Below, piece after piece: positions 42,372 to 55,774 of a DNA stretch of 64,000 nucleotides. The position numbers were made by a program, and so were the translations under genes. This stretch comes from Camelus dromedarius (lineage: Eukaryota), in assembly GCF_036321535.1 (NCBI RefSeq), contig NC_087437.1, positions 96,040,001-96,104,000 on the forward strand. Reading direction: 5' to 3'. Position 1 is the stretch's first letter. Each line of letters starts with the position of its first letter. The notes beneath the pieces were generated by a model. The model did not search any database, had not been told where the DNA came from, and saw only the letters and a program-made list of their open reading frames with translations.

Positions 42372-42550
42372 TATTTTAACTGAAATATATATGATTTATA
42401 ATATTGTGTTAGTTTCAGGTGTACAGCAAAGTGATTCAGTCATGTGTGTGTGTATATATATATATATAGAATATTTTTCCATCGTAGGTTATACAAGCTA
42501 TTAAATATAGTTCCCTGTGCTATATAGTAAATTCTTGTTACTTAGCTATT
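42372..42550 (-). mobile_element. Short L1 3' end
   Basis: aatattgtgttagtttcaggtgtacagcaaagtgattcag...atagttccctgtgctatatagt. Confidence 0.85.
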
Positions 42551-42769
42551 TCCACATACTTGGGAACTCTTTCAAGCATGCAGGATCAAAAGAGCCCTTT
42601 AACAAAAATAAATTCTAACCTGCAGGACAAAGGTCTTCCTAAGTGCTCTCTAGGCATGTGGCAAAGGCACAACTAGCTAGACAATACGTGGTTCAACTGT
42701 TAATTACTATTTACTTCATTTCTTTTGGTTGTTCTCATTATACTAGATAATAATTATAATTTTTCATAA

Positions 42770-43250
42770 AGCACTGGTCAGCTGTGCTAAGTGTCAAGAA
42801 GAGAAGCCAAGGGAAAAGCACTTAATTCTCCCAGAGGGTGATCAGAAGAGGAGGCTCGAAGAGGAGCTGGCCCATAAACAGAGGGAAAAGCCAGTACTTG
42901 AAATCCCCAAAGGCTGGATTAAGAAGTTTGGACTTAAACCTAATGTTATTGCACAAGATTTTGAAGAAGGAAGTGACATGATCAAATTAGCATTTTAGGG
43001 GAAAAAAATCATTCAGGTCACTATACAGAATACAGATTGGAGCTGAGCAAGACTGTGAGAAGGAAGGCTAATTGGGACACTGTTGACTAGCTCAGGGGAG
43101 CAGTTTCAAGGAACTGAATTAGCTTAGTGACAGTGAATGTGGATGGACAGTTACTGGTGGTCAATGGAACCTGATAGGAGGGGATCTGAGTTTGACTCTG
43201 AGGATGCTGGGTTAAAAGCAGGCTGTATCGTGTTGCCATTCGGTCAGCAA
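42770..43250 (-). mobile_element. L2 fragment
   Basis: aagaagtttggactt, ggaagtgacatgatcaaattagcatttta motifs. Confidence 0.65.
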
Positions 43251-43984
43251 CAAAATTAAAGCACTAGCTTTAAACTAGCTCTAGTATTAAGTGTCTAGGA
43301 AGAAATAAAATATTCTTTTGTAGTTTGTGTAACTGCATTTGTGAGAAAACTAGTTTGCTTTGAGGGTAGTGCCAATTGTACATTCCAATCACTTACTGAA
43401 ACGTTAGATTTCCTATAGTCTGACAAAAAAAAAAAAAAAAACCACTACATATCCTCAAACTTCTCCTTTTGTAGATGAGTAATATTTCTTTTCTTTCAAC
43501 ACAGGCAGATATACAGAGTCTAATTTTTAAATTTACTAATGAGTGAAACTTGCATACACAATAGTCTTATCTTTCTTAGTTAAGATGAATGATAAACAAT
43601 GAAGCAAGTAACTCATTTCCAATAAGAGATTTTTGGCCGCATCTTTCTTCTCCCTTATCTAACAAAATATGGTGTAGTCTGACAGGTCACACTTGGGAAA
43701 GCAACATAATGAATCATCTTTAACACGATGATTTCACATCTTGACCATCACAGAAACATCTTCTGTATAAGTAAAATCATAACTTCTTTTAAACTCCAAA
43801 TCATTTGTATTGTACAATACCATTTTATATGTATCATTATATTACAAAAAGTAACATAAAGTCAGGATAAATTTCAGTAATAAACTTCTAATCTAAGTTT
43901 CTGGACAAATAAAAGATAATTACCTTTCAGAGTTGGCTAAAACCAGAAGACAAAAATCAATGAAGGATAAAAGAACACCAAGCC

Positions 43985-45460
43985 ATGGCAGCCTGAATTA
44001 TGGCCCCCAAGGATGTCAACGTTTGAATCCATGGAATCTGTATATATGTTATTTTATATGGTAAAAGAGACTTTATAGATGTGGTTAAGTAAGGGATTTT
44101 AAAATGGGGAGATTATTCTGGATTATCAGAGAGTACTCAATGCAATTATGGGTGTCTTTATAAGTGGGAGGCAGTGATAGACTCGACTAATAGGGAGGTG
44201 ACCTGACAATAGAAGCAGAGATGGGAAGGAGGTGGTTCGAGGCAGCCTCTAGAAGCTGGAAGAGGAATGGAACAGATCTCTCCAGGAGACTCAGGAAAGA
44301 ACCAACCCTGCTGACTCCTTGAGCCAAGAAAGACTCATTTTGGACTTCTGACCTTCAGAACTATAGTCAAGTTAAATTGTGTTGTTTTAAACAACTAAGT
44401 CTGTAGTGATTTATTAGAGCAGCAATAGGAAACTAGTATCGATTTTGACATCTTGAAACAGGATGCTGCTATTAATACCCCAAAGTGTCGAAGTGGCTTT
44501 AGAATCGGGTGATGGGAAAAGACTGAAAGAATTATGAGGAGCATAATAGAAAAAAATGTAAATACAGTAGAAGAACGTTCAATTCAAATCAAGCTAGCAT
44601 TACAGCTACCTGATGTTTTCTTGTAAGTTTCTTTACTGTTGGTTCCTCTAAATACAATGCAAACTCATCAAGAACCAAATTCCTCTCTGTGTTGATGGCT
44701 GTTGTGTCCCCTGTACTTCAAACAGTGCTTTCAGTTGCTGAGCTCTTAAGAAATATGTGTAGTATTTCAAAATAAAATTTTTTAAAATGTAAATTTCCTT
44801 GAAGAGATGATTAGTAGAAATATGAATGTTAATGACTCTGGCTACTGAGAACTCAGAAGGAAGTAAGAAGCATGGTAGAGCCTACATCATGTTAGAGAAT
44901 CCCTAAAGCGTCATGAACAGACTGCCGACAGAATTATAGAGGGTAAAGATTCTGTTCTTAACATCTCTTAAGGAAAGGAGGAATATATCACTGGCAAGTG
45001 GAGGAAAGGATACCTTATCACAAAGTCGCAGAACACTGCAGAATTGTGTTCCATAGTTTTGTAAAAGCAAAATAACTAAACAGAACTTGTAAGTGAAGAA
45101 ATTGGAAATTTAGCTGAGAAAATTTCCCAAGAATATGATGGAAGTGCAGCATACTTTCTCTTGCTACTTTTGGTGAAATGCAAGTGGAAAGAGATAGACT
45201 GCAACTGTTAAGCAAAATGAACTAGTACTTGATGTTTGGGGGAATTCTTAGCCTATCCGTATTAAAAAAAAAACAAACAAACCCAGAATGCTACATTGGA
45301 TAGTCACTGTCAGGAAGCAGTGCTCTCGAGAAAGCCACATGTGTAGTTGACAACCTTTTGCTAGTGCCTCTGAAGTATCAAAAGGTAAATTATTGTCACA
45401 CAGAGGGTCCTTGAGGAGATTAGGTATGTGTCTCAGATCTCCTCAGCCATCTCAGTAGAA
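43985..45460 (+). mobile_element. MLT1C/D-type LTR (about 43985-44440) plus adjacent MLT1 internal sequence
   Basis: LTR ends agcagcaataggaaactag; continues directly into MLT-int motifs (gaagtggctttagaa, ggaggaaaggatacctt, tttagctgagaaaatttcc). Confidence 0.8.
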
Positions 45461-45464
45461 GCCA

Positions 45465-45790
45465 CACTCTAATTTTCAAAGATCCCTGTCCATCCCACAT
45501 TTATCCCATCCAAAGTCTTCACAATTCTCAATCCATTACAACATTAATTCAAGTCCAAAATCTCACAGAAGTCTCATAAGCTGAAAATTCCCAAATCTCA
45601 TCATCTAAATTAGGGGTGAGTGAGGTTTTAGATATAATCCATCCCAGGGCAAAAATACTCTCCATCTGTGGACCTGTGGGAACCATTTTGGACTTATGAT
45701 AATCAGAACTATAACAGAACAAATATATCTTGTTTAAACTATAAACTTTGTATTAATTTGTTTCAGCAGTGATGAGAAACTAATAAGTAA
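45465..45790. mobile_element. Inverted MaLR fragment plus MLT LTR 3' end
   Basis: tccaaaatctca...ctccatctgtggacctgtg (antisense MaLR-int); attttggactt...cagaactata...gagaaactaata. Confidence 0.55.
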
Positions 45791-47442
45791 GCTTTAAAAC
45801 TTCTTAAAAAATTTAGTGTTTGTACTTGGTAACCTCTCCAAGCAATAAGCAGAAGACATTGGTTTCAATGGAACTTTGTCAAAAACAGCGTTCAGCATTT
45901 CCTAGCAGATTTTTTTTTTTCTCACAACAAAGTGGAAAAATGTATAGATTAGGAAATCAGTAAAGACATTCTGACTTACGTGATATATTTTCATCTGTTT
46001 GAATGAGAATTAAGATTATTTTAAACTCTAACCTTACTATATTCTCTTAGGTCAGTAGCCTTTGACAAGTTACTGAACTTCTCTGAGTCTCAGATTGGTA
46101 GTGTATAAAGGAAGGGAAGTAACAATACCAAGTTTCCGAGACAACTATGGCAATAAAATGACGTTTTTTGTAAATTCTAAAATAAGAGCAATGTTAACCT
46201 TTTATTATTTTCACTTTACTTCATTACTGTATTACTATTTTAATATTTCTTTAAAACCCCATTGATCAAGGAAGGAAAAAAAAAGATGTATTTTACTTAG
46301 GGATTTATTTTTTAAACATTTGGGGTTATAAATTATAAAGATAACTTATTTTTTGCATCATTCAAATTTGCTTCAAATTATAACAGCTCATACTTTAAAA
46401 GCACAATTTTATTTTGTGCATGAACTGAGAACAATTAAGGATAGATTTTAGGTATTTCTCATTTTAAGAAACCTAGTTCACAACAATTTAGATTTACAAA
46501 ACATTTTAGTGAGCTGTTATTTATTTAAAAGGAATCACCTAAAAGTTCCTTTGAATAACCACTAACAGGAAAGAATTATTCATGTAAATACAAAATACCT
46601 ACAATATAATATTTTTAAATAGTTTTGTTGATATTATGCAGCATTCTCCAGAACAAAATTGATTTTCTTTCCATGTATATACATTTTGTTTAACTTTAGA
46701 ATAAAATCCTACCATGCACACAAGAGCTACTTTTAGCTCAATATGAATATTCACAAGAATGCATATTATTAATAAACTTAGAGACATTTATTTTGTACTT
46801 CTGAATTTTTTTTTACATGTAAGATTCAAATTCTCTTAAATATTTCCTATCTTGAATTAGGAAAAATGCATTTTAAGGTAAAATGATTTGTTATCAGTTT
46901 GATTTCAAATAAAAACAAGGATATTAAATAGGATAAGACATATAAGGTACCTACCAAAATTCCTGGTTCACAGCAGGAATGCAAAAAGTAGAAACAGCTG
47001 TAGAACAATAAAAATATCATAGCTATATTATATTATTATATTATTACTAATGCTATCAATTTAGAAAGGACCAAAGTGTTATATGCATATCTTCATATGG
47101 ATGAAAGACTGTCTATGCAAACATACTTTATAAGTTTTTAATTCAGCCACAGAAAGAGTTAAATGTTTAAAGGAACAAAGTAGTAGTTTTATGTGATATG
47201 TATTTGAATTGAACATATTTGGTTTTTTTTTTAACTAGTTACAAGTTTTTAAAAACTCACATTATTTAGGTGTTATCACGTACAAAAACCCCCCAAAAAT
47301 GGCAGGTTTAAGACTTCCTTTTCTTTGATAGCACGAGTCTTTCTTCTTCACACCTTTTTTATGAGGTAACATGCCGATATTACTAGTGTATAACATCCAC
47401 TTGGATATTGAACTTCAGATCATATTGCAATTTAGCACTATT

Positions 47443-47560
47443 AAAATCAAAATCAGAAATAATCAGAATTAGAAATCATATTTTCAAAAGTCAGAATCAG
47501 AAATAAAATCAGTATCAGAATCAGAAATCAGAAATAACCAGGATAACACTAGAAATCATA
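47443..47560 (+). repeat. Degenerate (AATCAG[A])n tandem repeat
   Basis: Repeated aatcag/aatcagaa units seen directly. Confidence 0.8.
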
Positions 47561-50019
47561 TCTAACTTTATTCCTATAATCTTGCTTTTGAAACATTATT
47601 AAATCACTTCTTAACCTTGAAAAATTACTAAAAGCACAACATTATAAACTTGGGAGTTTTTTTTTGTCATCTTCATTAATTATATATAATTTCATCACTA
47701 CTGAATCTTAAGTAATATTAATATTAACATAGTATAATATCCTATATTTAGTCTCACTATGTGCTCATTTTTATTCATGTTTGTGGTAGAACATCTGTTT
47801 GGTTGACATTTTAAAGGTGCCTGTACTGAAATAAGGCTAACAAATGTTATTTGACACCTCGTATAACTAAAAGGAAGAAGAAAACTGCATAAGTGTTCTA
47901 AACAAAATTTACTTTTAAACATCTTTATGTGACAAGGAAACAATTTCAGCCAATCGCAGTGCTTAGATTTTAACATGATGCAGTGTTAATGTACATAGCA
48001 AAAATAAGTCTAGAAAGAAGTGGGTATTATGGTATGCAATGAGACTCTAACCCAATAAATAAAGGTTAATAGTGTATATAGAACAAAATACATGGTTTAA
48101 ATTCCAGCTTTCTGTAAAGAGAAGCAATTTGAATACAATCAAAAGCAATGTCATTTTTCTCGATATATGTTTGCTCATATACACATACAGAGAATTCTTA
48201 CAATAACAACACACACTTGTTCTGTGCCTTACACTGGGCAATACATTTTCACATGTATCAGTATTAACCTTACACCCACACTCTAAGACAGACAACAGAG
48301 TTTTTGATCTCCATTTGATATATTAGATAGCTGAGATTCAAAAAGATTAGGTTCCAAAGTTTACTCAATTGTAGTGAAGTGGAAGTTGGAGCTCAAATTC
48401 AAATTTTCTCATGCCGAACTCCCAACATCTAGATTTTGAGATGGTTGTTAATAAGTATTAGAATCCATGTACACTAATCATAAAGAGGAAACAGCACACT
48501 TCCTGTTACAACAAGCCTTCTGGAGTTCTTTGAAGGAATGATGATAATGAATAATGTTGGGGTTCAAAGGGATGCCAAGTAAATATTTCCCCTCCTCTCT
48601 GCCAAAGTCTGAAACAACTGAGAGTAAGACAAAAGATTATAGGGGTGTGGAACAAAATATTACCATTATCACTACTGAACTTGGGACTGGGGAATGTGGC
48701 TTGGACATATGGGAATAGTGGACTTCATACTGTTAGTCCCAGAAAATCAGAAAGACATAAACTTCCAATTACCCACAACCCAGGACCACTACAAGCCTTT
48801 CCATGGGCCAGAGCCTTTGCTTTCAAACTAACCCCATAACCAAGAGTATCTGACTTCCGTAGGCAGGCAGAACTCAAAGGAAAGAAGAGGCCAAGTTTCC
48901 CGACCCAGTTTATTTCAATACTGACACTCAGGTGAGTGAAGAGGTAGAGGGACAAGCATGTTAACTAGTGGAGCGCCTCCTACAGGGAAGAAAATATCAG
49001 GAATGAGAAAGAAATGTTTCTTTCTCCCTAAAATAGGTGATAAATACTCATACAGGTAAGAAATACAAGTGATGACTATTTAGATGACTTTCAAAAAGTC
49101 ATCAAGTGCCAATATTTGCCACAAAGGGAGATGCAAAAAATTACTGTTAATGAAAAGATAGAAATCCTACTATCCTGATAAATATTTTATTCCAATGAGA
49201 CACAGTGGCATCCCCCTATTTATGCTAGAACAGCAGGCCTATTTTAAAAATAATCTCTAAAGATGTGCTATTCCTGACTTTTCCTGCATTCTCTTACACT
49301 AATACAAGGAAGGAAGTGAGCAGTTTATTAAAAGAACTTAGTTGAGGCTGAGTATTATCTCCTAACTAGAGCTAGCTTAAATGGGTTGTGCTCCTCCCGC
49401 CTCGCCCTTAGAGGGGAGTTTATTTACCTAAGTCCTTAGTTTGGAATTTCTAATATAGTAGTGAGTCTTAGACTCCAGTCACCCTGACCCCTGGCACTGG
49501 ATTTTTAATTATATATCAAACTCTTTATCCATATAATGGGATAGCACAGATTTTGGGCCCCTGATACCAACTTTCACTGGAGCTACAGCTAGAGATAGTC
49601 AGATTCCTTTGTCACCATTCATGTCATTTTGGATAAATTGTGGCGTCCGACAGCCGTGTTTTTAGCTTGTGTCACTCCCTATCGGGGATCAGCCCAGTTT
49701 TTCTTTGACAGTCCGCTCCATTCTGCGTAGGCATCCACCCTGGTGACAAGTTCTGTGATGTCACAAGAAGCATATAACTAAACTGAAATGTACTTGGCAA
49801 ACCTTAAACTTCTTCAAATAATAAATAACGTTCACATAATAAGTAACAGTGAGATCCTATGTATTTGTTTTCACAGGAAAACCAATAATTATATGCCCAT
49901 TTGGGAAAAATAGAAGTCATGATTTGGGGGGTGGGAAGTGGAATGGAGAGAATAATCCACATTGTCCTCAAAACTCTTTCTTCTGCCACACAGAAAGCCC
50001 CTGATAATCACTGCCCTAA

Positions 50020-50180
50020 TCCTGCACTAGTCAGTGTGGCTGCACACTAGCAGTATCACCTGGGAACTTTCTAGAAATGCAGAATTTCAGACCCCAACTT
50101 AGAGTTCCCTAATTAGCATCTGTATTTTAACAAGCCCCAGGTTGTGCCCGTGTGCATAGTACTAAGATGTGCAGGACTGT
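50020..50180 (+). mobile_element. MER5A-like hAT element
   Basis: atcacctgggaact...agaaatgcagaatttcag...ttttaacaagcccc. Confidence 0.75.
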
Positions 50181-51637
50181 CCACGAACACAGCTGTTCAA
50201 AGAGCCTTTGGAGCCCAAAGCATGCTGGGAAGTGGGGAAAAGTGTTTAGGAATAAAACTGAAATGATTGTCTCGTCCTTGTTCAAAACAGTGGAGAATCC
50301 ACATCCGAAAAATCTCCTCTATCCACCTCAAGAAATAAGGGAGCTGAAGAAAGTCTGGACAATGATAAACTTAAATCTGAGGGCTACCACGTGTGGAAGG
50401 GCTAGAGGCTCGTTCAGACCACAAACGTGAGAGATGACGCCACAGTGATCAAAGCTGTGACATCACAGGAGGCACGAAGAGCGTGTCCGCTGACATTAGT
50501 GTCAGGGAACTGCCCAAGCCGGAGGGAGGCGTCTGTCCTCTCACGAAGCAAATGTAGATGAAGTGCCTGTTTCTCTGACAGCCAAGCAGCTGGTTGTAGT
50601 TATCAGCAGTTTACTTCCACGCCAGGTTCAGTCAGGATGGAATCTCGACTGAGTGAGAGGAATCTAAAGACCTGGAGGCCAAGACAGTGACCTGGCTCCG
50701 CGTCAAAAGTCTAAAAGTCGTTTCTGCTTCCCTCCCCATCCCCAACCACCCTTTCTTCCACAGGGGCTCGCTTCAATTATTTTTGCTGCCTGCTAGTCGT
50801 TTCCAATTATTAAGCTGGACTTCACACATTCTTCACCCCTTGGCTCACTGGCACGGATGTGCTTTGATATCTTTTGCTTATCTGATCTCTGACCGACAAC
50901 TGCTCAGACACCCCAGCTTATCAGCGTCTGACATTCCTTCAGGCCACCTCGGCTCTTGCTGAGGGGGTGACTTAAGGCTGCTAGAGAGAGGGTATGGACT
51001 TCATTCAAAAATCGGATGTATTTCTTTACATAATAGTAAAGGTATCCTGTAAATGGTAGACTATGGACCTAAAAATAGATTTAAGAAGGTTTGATACTAA
51101 AATCATTAGATCTGTGGGAATCCATAAATCCATAAAATTATTAAAATCCATGTGGATATTTGAACGAAGAAAGAAGACTTAAATATTCCTTGTTAATATG
51201 TTGGAGGACATCTCATAAAACACCCCTAAGTGGGTGGAAACTGAAGAGATGGAGCATGTTCCCTCCCAGCATGATAGCTTTTTATTCTCAGTTATAAATT
51301 AATAACATTATCTACTTCTAAACTCTCATAATGGTTAGGGAAACAGGGACAAAATGAAATCTCTGGTAATATTTAGTATAGTTATGTTAGTTTGTTCTCA
51401 ATTGTTTCTATGCACACAGGATATACTTTTTAAGTTTCCAGATATTTTAGCAGTTTTTAACGATGTTTACTTATAAACCCAATTCTCTTTTCTTTTCCAT
51501 GATATGGGAAGCAGATGGATTGATAAAAATGTACAGAAGTCTGCAATATGATGTATTTATATGAGAGGACATTTATAGAACTGAAATTGTGGACTGGGAA
51601 GGAATTTAGTTCAGAGAAGAATAAAAAAAGAGAGAAG

Positions 51638-51870
51638 TGGAGGATTAAGAGGTATAAACCATCAGGTATAAAATGAGCTACACGGATGTATTGTACAACA
51701 TAGGGAATACAGCCAATATTTTATAATAACTATAAATGGAATATAATCTTTAAAAATTGTGAATTTTTATATTGTATACCTGTAACATGTAATATTATAC
51801 ATCAACTATACTTCAATTTAAGAAATATGATATTGTAAAATAAATACATAAATAAATTTTTTTTAAAAAA
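51638..51870 (+). mobile_element. 5'-truncated young L1 3' end
   Basis: gtacaacatagggaatacagccaatattttataataac...caactatacttcaat plus tail; TSD-like aaaaaaagaga on both sides. Confidence 0.85.
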
Positions 51871-53499
51871 AGAGAAATGGGAAATTAAGGGGATTAACAT
51901 CTTCTGGGTACCTATTATGTGCCAGATATGATAGTCACGCTTTAAAATATAACCAGATAAGATGAAGTTTCCCATAATTGCAGAGTTTTAAACCAACATC
52001 TTAAGGGCCAGAAAAAATATAATATTGCCAGTACTCATCCAGTTTTAAATTGATTCCTGTATCATCTGTGCAGGACTTGCAGAGTGCTTGTTTCTGCCAG
52101 CATTAACCCATCACCCACTTCTGGCCTCCGCACATGGGAGGCAAGAGGATCTGGGAATTGACCCAAGGGTCCCGAGGCCTCATCTGGAGAGCGCGTTCCA
52201 TGTGCTCCCCGCCTCCCACAGTGCAGCCACAGAAGGGCCCCTCCTCCTCTCAAGTTAAGTGAGCAGGCTTCCTGGGCACTGCCCGAAAGCATGGTATATG
52301 TTTCCTGGATTTGACTAAGGGTTTGGTCTCTGATTCACCCACGAAAAATTTAAAGGAGAGTTTCTGCCTCTTTTCCCATGGCAAGTTTCTCAGCCCAAGT
52401 GAGGCCCAGCTGGTTGAGAGAAGAAATATTCACTGTTGAAGTTTAGAGTTTTTAAGATGACACTGGAGTTAATTTTGAGTATTAAGGAAAAAGGACCAGC
52501 TATTATCTGAAACTCCCTAGGAAAGCTTTGGCCTGGAGCGCCTTTTATGCAGAAGGAAGCAGTAAACAAAGGCCTGTGACTGCAGTTGCTTTCCATCATC
52601 TGAGACCAACTACTGTTACTACCTGGGTTAAGCACACAGTGTCTCTAATCCAGATAATGTTAAAATTCTGTCCATAGTCGCACAGCCATAAACTATGTTT
52701 TTAAAATTTTTATTTTATGAATTTTGTGTTCTTTTCAATAAATCACATTGTTAAGTGAATTTACTGCAAACCCACAAATATTTCTGCCTAGTTTCTCATT
52801 ACTTCCCCAAATAAACTTCTAGTCAGATGATAATAATCACCCTTTACAAACTTGCTTTGTTTATTTTTTACTTTATCTGTACTTAAATTGACTTCCTTCA
52901 TTTTCTGCCTATTTTAATGCCACCACATGTATTAAATACACAAGTCATCTCAGGCTGAATTTAATCTCTGCTTTAAAGCAACTCATGCACGTATGTACAC
53001 GCTTTTTACAAAAATGCAAAGCAATACTTGATAATTGCCTGATAGATGCAAAGAGTTATGGGAGGTCAGAGGAAAGTTTCACCACTTCTGACTAGAGAAG
53101 GCATCCTCAAATGGGACAAAAAATGGTTCTTGAGGGTGGAGAACAAGAAAACTCACTCTTTTTTTATATATTAAGCAGAGATATACATACGGAGCATAAA
53201 CATATACAGTCTATCATATACAGTGTTCAAAATTCATGGAGAAGACAATTAGGAAAAAAATGTTTCCAGAGGCTCTTGTGTGGTTAAGGGAGGTACAGTG
53301 ACAATAAAAATAAAAAAACAAAACAAACAAACAAACAAAGAAAAACTTTGCCAAACACTAGACTAGAGGAATTAGTGAAAACAACGAGAATTTTTTTAAA
53401 TTTCTATTTGAAACTATTTTTAGAATTTTAAAATGTTGTAAATCTAGTACAGAAAGTTTTATGCCTATCCCTTACCCAACATTTCCCCTATTCCTTCTG

Positions 53500-54915
53500 A
53501 CTTCTTCCTTTTTCTCTTTCTTTCGGTTTCCTGTAGTTAGAAGCTAGTATGCCTCGGTGTAGTATTTTTTGGCATTTATTCTGCTTATTCTCTGAATTTC
53601 TTGGAACTCTGGTTTGGTGTCTGACATCAATTTGGGGAAATTCTCAGTCATTATTGTTTCAAATATTTCTTCTGTTCCTTTCTTTCTTCTCCTTCTGGCA
53701 TTCTTATTATGCACATGCTACACCTTATGTAGTTTTCCCACAATCCTTGGATATTTTTTTTCAGTCTTTGTTCTTTTCACTTTTCAGTCTTTGAAATTTC
53801 TAGTCATATATCCTCAAGCTCAAGGATTCTTTCCTGAGCCACGTCCAGTCTACCAATAGGTTCATCAAAGGCATCCTTCATTTTTATTGCAGTGATTTTA
53901 ATTCCAGCATTTCTTCTTGGTTCTTTCTTAGGGTTGCCTGTCTCTGCTTACATTGCCTATCTGCTCTTGCATGCTGTCTATTTTATCCATTAGAGCTTTT
54001 AGCAAGTTAATCATAATTGTTTTAAACACCCAGTCTGATAAGTCAGGTATCCCTGCCATGTCTGGCTCTTGATGCTTTCTCTGTCTCTTCAAATTGTGTT
54101 CTTTGCCTCTTAGTATGCCTTGTCACTTTTTCTTGACAGCTGGATGTGCTGTAACTGGTAAAAGGAAGCGCTGTAAATAGGCCTTTAATAATGTGGTGGT
54201 AAGGTGTGTATGTGTGTGGGGGACGTGTTCTACCGTCCTATGATTAGATTTCAGCCTTTCAGGGAGCCTACGCCTGCCTCTGTTAGGGGAACTTCCACGT
54301 GTTTCTCATGTTTTTCCTCAGGTGGAACAGGATGTCTAGAGTGGGCTGGAGGTAGGTCATTCTCTTCTCCCACCTGGAAGAGCTAACTGAAGTTGCATAT
54401 GTCACTTCCTCCAGGTCAGTTAGACTCTGTAAATGCCCCAGCAGTTAGACTCTAGTTAGCTGGCTTGTCCTGAGGGCAGGCCTTGTTAAGAACAGATGCT
54501 CTGGTATATTTCAAAATGGTCCCTTTCCCTCTTTCCTTCCTGGAAATGTGAGGGAATTTTTCTCCACTAGTTACTGTGGGAACTTGGTCAAACTCCTAGT
54601 GGTACACCTGATGACTGCCCCCATCTCCCAGAGTGTTTAACTCTTCGACTCATCCACAGTGAACCGACAGCAGTTAGTCAGTTGGAGTTCAGGTTTTCCT
54701 GCCCCAGCATGGGTTCCTACTGAGCTCCTGTGAATGAGTCTCTGCTGGGGTAGGTTGGGGCTCCCTATTGCCTGCCTGTCTCTCCAATCTTGGGGGCAGT
54801 GGTTTGCCTGCATCTTCCCCTCTGATATTAATCAAGAAGAGCTGATTTTTCAGTCTGTTCAGCTTTTTACTTGTTGTTAGGATGGAGTGGCTGAACCATA
54901 AACCAGAGGCCCCCT
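53500..54915 (-). mobile_element. L1 5'/ORF1-region fragment within an older L1MC piece (about 53390-53490 and 54915-55100)
   Basis: ggaaattctcagtcattattgtttcaaatatttcttctg and related L1M ORF1 antisense motifs. Confidence 0.7.
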
Positions 54916-55109
54916 CCCAACATTTCTTAGAGCAACATCTTACATAAACATAGTATAATGGTCAGAACCAAGAAATGAAATTGATACTATACTAGTAACT
55001 AAATACCTTATTTGAATTTCACAAACTTTCTTACAAATTTCTTTTTCTAGGATCCAAAATTACATTTATCATTTCTCCTTAGTTTTCTTCTTCATCTGGG
55101 GTAAATTTA

Positions 55110-55665
55110 CTCCCAGAAAAGACTGGGCAATGTCTGGAGACATTTTTAATTTCTAAAACTGGAGACGTGCTACTGGTGTCTAGTGGGTAGAGGCCAGGGA
55201 TGCTATTAAACTTCTTCTTTTCTTTTAAACTTAGCCAATTTATTAAATGTTATTCCATTCTTTTTTTAATAATTTTTTAATTGAAGTATAGACATTTACA
55301 GTGTGTCAGTTTCTGGTGTGCAGCACGAAGTCCCAGTCATGCAAATGCATAATATATTCATTTTCATATTCTTTTTCATTAAAGGCTGTTAGAAGATATT
55401 GCATATAGTTCCCTGTGCTATACAGAAGAAATTTGTTTTTTAATCTATTTTTATATATAGTAGCTAATATTTGCAAATCTCAGACTCCCAAATTTATGCC
55501 TTACCACCTCCTTCCCCCAGTAACCATAAGATTGTTTACTATGTCTGCAAGTCTGTTTCTGTTTTGCAGATGTATTAAACTTCTTATAATGCAAGGACAG
55601 CACCCCCATCTCAATGAGAATTATCCAGCTCATAATGTCAAGAATGTCACAGTTGAGAAATTCAG
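55110..55665 (+). mobile_element. MER20 split by an L1 insertion
   Basis: ggcaatgtctggagacatttt...tagtgggtagaggccagggatgct before, and ataatgcaaggacagc...aattatccagc...gttgagaaa after. Confidence 0.85.
55217..55572 (-). mobile_element. Young L1 3' end with 13-bp TSD
   Basis: TSD tattaaacttctt at 55204-55216 and 55573-55585; ttaattgaagtatag...atagttccctgtgctatacag. Confidence 0.9.
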
Positions 55666-55774
55666 AGTTGAGGGAACAGCATGTGCACAAGCTTGAATGT
55701 GGAAGATGCACAGCAGTTTGAAAGAATAATTAATTGTCCAGGATGAGTAATGCACAGCTGACATTTTAGAAGAC

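Noticed and set aside
42298..42565. Repeat acatacttgg flanking a short L1 as a TSD with transduction
   Set aside because: No second poly(A) tail or signal; the 10-bp match may be chance
52060..52300. GC-rich patch as a possible CpG island or promoter
   Set aside because: Too short and has too few CpGs
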